Source: Trichodesmium erythraeum IMS101 (GTDB lineage Bacteria > Cyanobacteriota > Cyanobacteriia > Cyanobacteriales > Microcoleaceae). Taken from it: a DNA stretch of 32,000 nucleotides. The position numbers were made by a program, and so were the translations under genes. The stretch covers positions 90,001 to 122,000 of the forward strand of contig NC_008312.1 of the NCBI RefSeq assembly GCF_000014265.1. Direction: 5' to 3'. Of this stretch, positions 28,259 through 32,000 are shown piece after piece; the stretch's first letter is position 1, and every line of letters begins with the position of its first letter. The notes under the pieces are model-generated. The model did no database searches, was not told the DNA's origin, and saw nothing but the letters and a program-made list of their open reading frames with translations.

Positions 28259-29129
28259 TTAATTTAGTCGGTAAAAGTGTAATGCATTTTCTCGAAACAG
28301 TTTACGCTTTTGTTCTGGAGTACATTCATGAATAGCTAATTCTAATACTTCTACCTAACGAGGATACTCGGTAGCAAGTTGAAACACGGGCCAATCACTA
28401 CCACAGAGAACTCGATCCCAGCCGAAACAAGTGATTGTCCAATCTATATAAGGTTTTAACTGTTTTTCAGTCCAGTTTTGATGATCTGCTTCAGTTACTA
28501 GTCCCGATATCTTACAATAAATATTGGGAAATGCTGCTAGTTCCTGAATTTGTAATTTCCAGGGTTCAAACAACTGGTCTTTAATATTTGGTTTACCAAT
28601 ATGGTTAAGCATAAAGAATACTTTGGGACATTTCTACACCATTTTGATGATATTCTCCAGGTGCTTGTGGTAAATGCAAATATTAAAACTCAAATCAAAT
28701 TCAGGCAATAACTGGAGTCCCTGAATAAAATTGGGATTTAAATAAAATTCTAAATCTTCTTCTTGAATAAGTCGTCGAACCCCCTTAGCCTTTGGAATGG
28801 CAGATAATTTTTCGAGTGGTAGATCTAATCTGTTGACCTTTTTCCAAACCACAGAAAACTACAATTCTTTGAATAATAGAATTTTCGGATGCTAATGAAG
28901 CTACCCAATTTGTTTTATCTATCCTTTGGGAAAGATTAATTTCACATTCAACAAAAACCATTGTATCGACTATAACTGGATTACAGGCGTTTTGAAAATC
29001 AGGCACAAGAAAAGGATGCTGGAGTGGTGGACAATTCTTCAACCACAAATAGTCAAATTGTTGAAGGTTCCACAAATGGACATGAGCATCGACAATAGGA
29101 AAATTGAGAATAGTTACTTTAGGGAAAAT
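28259..29129 (-). pseudogene. Amidohydrolase_2 (COG3618-like metal-dependent hydrolase) pseudogene
   Basis: Three overlapping minus-strand fragments read PIVDAHVHLWNLQQFDYLWL, then VRRLIQEEDLEFYLNPNFIQGLQLL, then MLNHIGKPNIKD...CKISGLVTEADHQNW...WDRVLCGSDWPV...EYPR*VEVLELAIHECTPEQKRKLFRENALHFYRLN*. It has frameshifts and an in-frame TAG, and no start codon. Confidence 0.7.
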
Positions 29130-29375
29130 CTATTTCAAGTTAGCTATTCTGAGTAATAATATCACTAAAATGGCCAGCGATCGCTTAGTGGTATTTGCCT
29201 GAATAAATTAGGTAAACAAGTCATCAAAAAATCTAGTAGTAGGATTGGAAGGTAATACCCAATTTGTAGATTTATAGCTAACTTTAGCTCCATAGTTAAT
29301 CGAGTTAAAAAATTTGAACACAAGAATTTAAAATTAATACAATTTATCTGTTAAAAATCTAATTCTTAAATCAAT

Positions 29376-31190
29376 ATGCTAATAGTCCAAAAATACGGTG
29401 GCACATCAGTAGGGTCTGTGGAAAGGATTAAAGCCGTGGCCCAACGTATTGCTAAAACAGCTAGCGATCGCTCAGTAGTAGTAGTCGTATCAGCGATGGG
29501 AAAAACCACAGATACCCTAGTCAAACTAGCAAACGACATCTCCCCCAACCCCTGTCGCCGAGAAATGGATATGTTACTATCTACAGGAGAACAAGTTACT
29601 ATCGCTCTAGTGAGTATGGCCTTACAAGAGTTGGGAGTACCAGCTATTTCCCTCACTGGAGCCCAGGTAGGAATAGTCACAGAAGCTCAACATTCCCGGG
29701 CTCGTATTTTACATATTCAAACCGAACGGATAGAAGAACATCTGCAACTGGGAGAGGTTGTAGTTGTTGCAGGTTTCCAAGGTATTAGTCAGACTCGCCA
29801 TCAGGAAATCACAACATTAGGTAGAGGTGGTTCAGATACTTCCGCAGTTGCTTTAGCTGCAGCACTCCAAGCACAAAGGTGTGAAATATATACAGACGTA
29901 CCCGGAATTTTAACAACTGATCCCCGCATAGTACCTGAAGCACAGTTAATGTCAGAAATTACCTGTGATGAAATGTTGGAGTTGGCAAGCTTAGGAGCAA
30001 AAGTGCTACATCCTAGGGCTGTTGAAATTGCTCGAAATTATGGAATGCCATTAGTAGTCTTATCAAGTTGGAGCGATGCACCAGGTACCCGTGTAGTTTC
30101 AGCAATACCCAAACGTCCTGCCTTGCAAGATTTAGAATTAACTAAACCTGTAGACGCCGTAGAATATGATACTAACCAAGCTGGAATTTCTATGCTGCGC
30201 CTTCCGGATCGCCCTGGTGTGGCAGCCCAATTATTTTCTGGTATTGCTCTACAAAATATAGATGTAGATTTGATTATTCAATCTATTCACGAAAGCAATA
30301 CTAATGATATTGCGTTTACCGTCAGTAAAGATGTATTGAAACAAGCAGCAGCAGTTGCAGATGCTATGCTGCCGGCTTTAGGAAAAAATGCTCACCCCAG
30401 TTTGGGGGAACCAGAAGTTAAAACAGAAGAGCGACCTATTGCCAAAGTTAGTCTTGTGGGTGCGGGAATGATCGGGCGACCAGAAGTAGCAGCCAAAATG
30501 TTTGAAGCTCTGGCAGCAGCAGGAGTCAATATAATAATGATTTCCACTTCGGAGGTTAAGGTCAGTTGTGTAGTAGATGCAGAAGACTGTAAAAAAACAG
30601 TTAATTCTTTGTGTCAAGCATTTGATGTGGATGTTGCAGATATTTCCAGTAGCTCTACTGCTGGTGAGTCGGAAGAAGTGCCCCCACCAGTGCGAGGGGT
30701 GGCTTTGGATATAAAGCAAGCAAGACTGGCAGTGCGTCAAGTTCCGGATCATCCAGGAATGGCAGCCAAGATATTTGGTTTGTTGGCGCAGCAGAATATT
30801 AGTGTAGATATGATTATTCAATCTCAACGCTGCCACAGTGTGGATGGAGTTTTGACTCGTGATATTGCTTTTACTGTATCTCAACCAGAGGGAGAAACTG
30901 CATATCAAATTTTGGCAAATACAGCGGCTGACTTTGGTTGGGGAGAAGTGGTATTGGAGAGTAGTATCGCGAAAGTGAGTGTAGTTGGCTCCGGAATGAT
31001 TTCTCATCCAGGGGTAGCAGCACAGATGTTTGAGGCGTTGGCAGCAAGTCAAATCAATATTTTGATGATTACCACTTCGGAAATTAAAATTAGTTGTGTG
31101 GTAGAAGAGGAGGATGGTGTGAAGGCATTGCAAGCTATTCATAAAGCTTTTTGTTTGTCTGCTAATGAGGTAGTTAAAGTTCCAGCTTAA
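29376..31190 (+). CDS. lysC: Aspartate kinase with a duplicated C-terminal ACT-domain pair (cyanobacterial long form)
   Basis: 604-aa ORF reading MLIVQKYGGTSVG, VVVVSAMGKTTD and GRGGSDTSAVALAAAL. Two ACT-pair modules follow, each ending ...MISTSEVKVSCVV / ...MITTSEIKISCVV. Confidence 0.95.
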   Translation: MLIVQKYGGTSVGSVERIKAVAQRIAKTASDRSVVVVVSAMGKTTDTLVKLANDISPNPCRREMDMLLSTGEQVTIALVSMALQELGVPAISLTGAQVGIVTEAQHSRARILHIQTERIEEHLQLGEVVVVAGFQGISQTRHQEITTLGRGGSDTSAVALAAALQAQRCEIYTDVPGILTTDPRIVPEAQLMSEITCDEMLELASLGAKVLHPRAVEIARNYGMPLVVLSSWSDAPGTRVVSAIPKRPALQDLELTKPVDAVEYDTNQAGISMLRLPDRPGVAAQLFSGIALQNIDVDLIIQSIHESNTNDIAFTVSKDVLKQAAAVADAMLPALGKNAHPSLGEPEVKTEERPIAKVSLVGAGMIGRPEVAAKMFEALAAAGVNIIMISTSEVKVSCVVDAEDCKKTVNSLCQAFDVDVADISSSSTAGESEEVPPPVRGVALDIKQARLAVRQVPDHPGMAAKIFGLLAQQNISVDMIIQSQRCHSVDGVLTRDIAFTVSQPEGETAYQILANTAADFGWGEVVLESSIAKVSVVGSGMISHPGVAAQMFEALAASQINILMITTSEIKISCVVEEEDGVKALQAIHKAFCLSANEVVKVPA

Positions 31191-32000
31191 GGGTTCTATA
31201 AGGTACAAAAATCATAGTCTAACCTCTGTGGTGCGGCCATCTTACCCGCCACATAGGGACTTTATTTGAGCAGGGTATTTGTCTAATCTTTTAATCAAAA
31301 ACCAGGCTTTTTTGAGTCTCGAAATATATCCAACATTGAAGATCTCAATGGATAAATTAAGGAATTAACAGGCCAGAAAATTTTGTTAATGTTGTCATAG
31401 AAAAAATCTCCAAAAATTATATTGGTTGTGGGATAGAGCGTGTGGATTTTTTTCAAAATATTTGCTGTAAAAATAGGAAAAAGTTTTTATAAAGAACAGC
31501 CACGAATTGTGATCAGAATATTTGCAGAACTTAAATTGAAACATCATTCAATTAAAATGAAGCCAATTTTAACTTGAAGAACTGCAGTTTTTTTTGAATA
31601 AATAGTTAAGCGATCGCGGAGGGTAGCGGAGTGCTGTATCTTCTAAAATAGAGGGTAAAGATTGATCTTATTTTCATACACTATATATAGTGTTTTGGGG
31701 TAAGTCCTGACTAATAAAAATTACAATCCATCAATTTGATAATATTTTTTTATTTTATATATAAAAATATTATACTAAGCTGTTAAGCATTTCAACGAAT
31801 TATCATAAATTTTAGCAAAATAGCCAATTTTTTACTGTACAAAGTTTTTGCTTGAATTGGTTGTTATTAGAATAAGCAATCTAAATAGTTAACAGCTTAT
31901 GCCCATGAAATTACTTAAAATATAACTAAGCAATTAAACAATCATTGTAATCCTAGTATAGTTTTATGTAATATCTACGTATAAGATGTTCAGCTTAACA

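Noticed and set aside
31228-31252. The hairpin GTGGTGCGG..CCGCCAC after lysC, as a terminator.
   Set aside because: It needs a 2-nt bulge and is not followed by a T tract. This is too weak to annotate.
31900-32000. The similarity of GTTTTATGTAATATCTACGTATAA (31961-31984) to the hairpin region TATCTGTACAGTTTTATGTACAGATACTTACGTATAA (1381-1417) inside the IS-like element, as evidence for a second element copy.
   Set aside because: Only ~25 bp of AT-rich similarity is visible. No matching terminal inverted repeat is seen before the window ends.

Overview
This is an AT-rich cyanobacterial chromosomal segment. It carries 13 perfect HIP1 octamers (GCGATCGC) and looks like an eroding genome. A minority of genes are intact: pepA, icd, a HEAT-repeat protein, queE, a YegS-like lipid kinase, a membrane-anchored metallophosphoesterase, a sulfotransferase and lysC. 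They sit among many pseudogenes: five transposase relics, a DUF819 membrane protein, phenylalanine hydroxylase, a SAM methyltransferase, an amidohydrolase and six queE relics. The outstanding feature is a ~6.7 kb head-to-tail tandem array (about 13.68-20.44 kb) of seven units of ~973 bp. Each unit is a conserved non-coding spacer plus an internally deleted queE relic, and only the last unit holds the intact queE. All relics share the same inactivating lesions, so the unit was already dead when it was amplified. The best-conserved part of the spacer looks like a plus-strand promoter, then a structured RNA with three CCATC..AGG motifs, then a hairpin terminator. This suggests a multicopy sRNA-type locus, which is inference and needs transcript data. 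A second theme is tandem duplication at several scales: 21, 108, 139, 282 and 973 bp. No tRNA, rRNA or CRISPR array was recognised by eye. All homology calls come from motif recognition in the translated ORFs, not from database searches.
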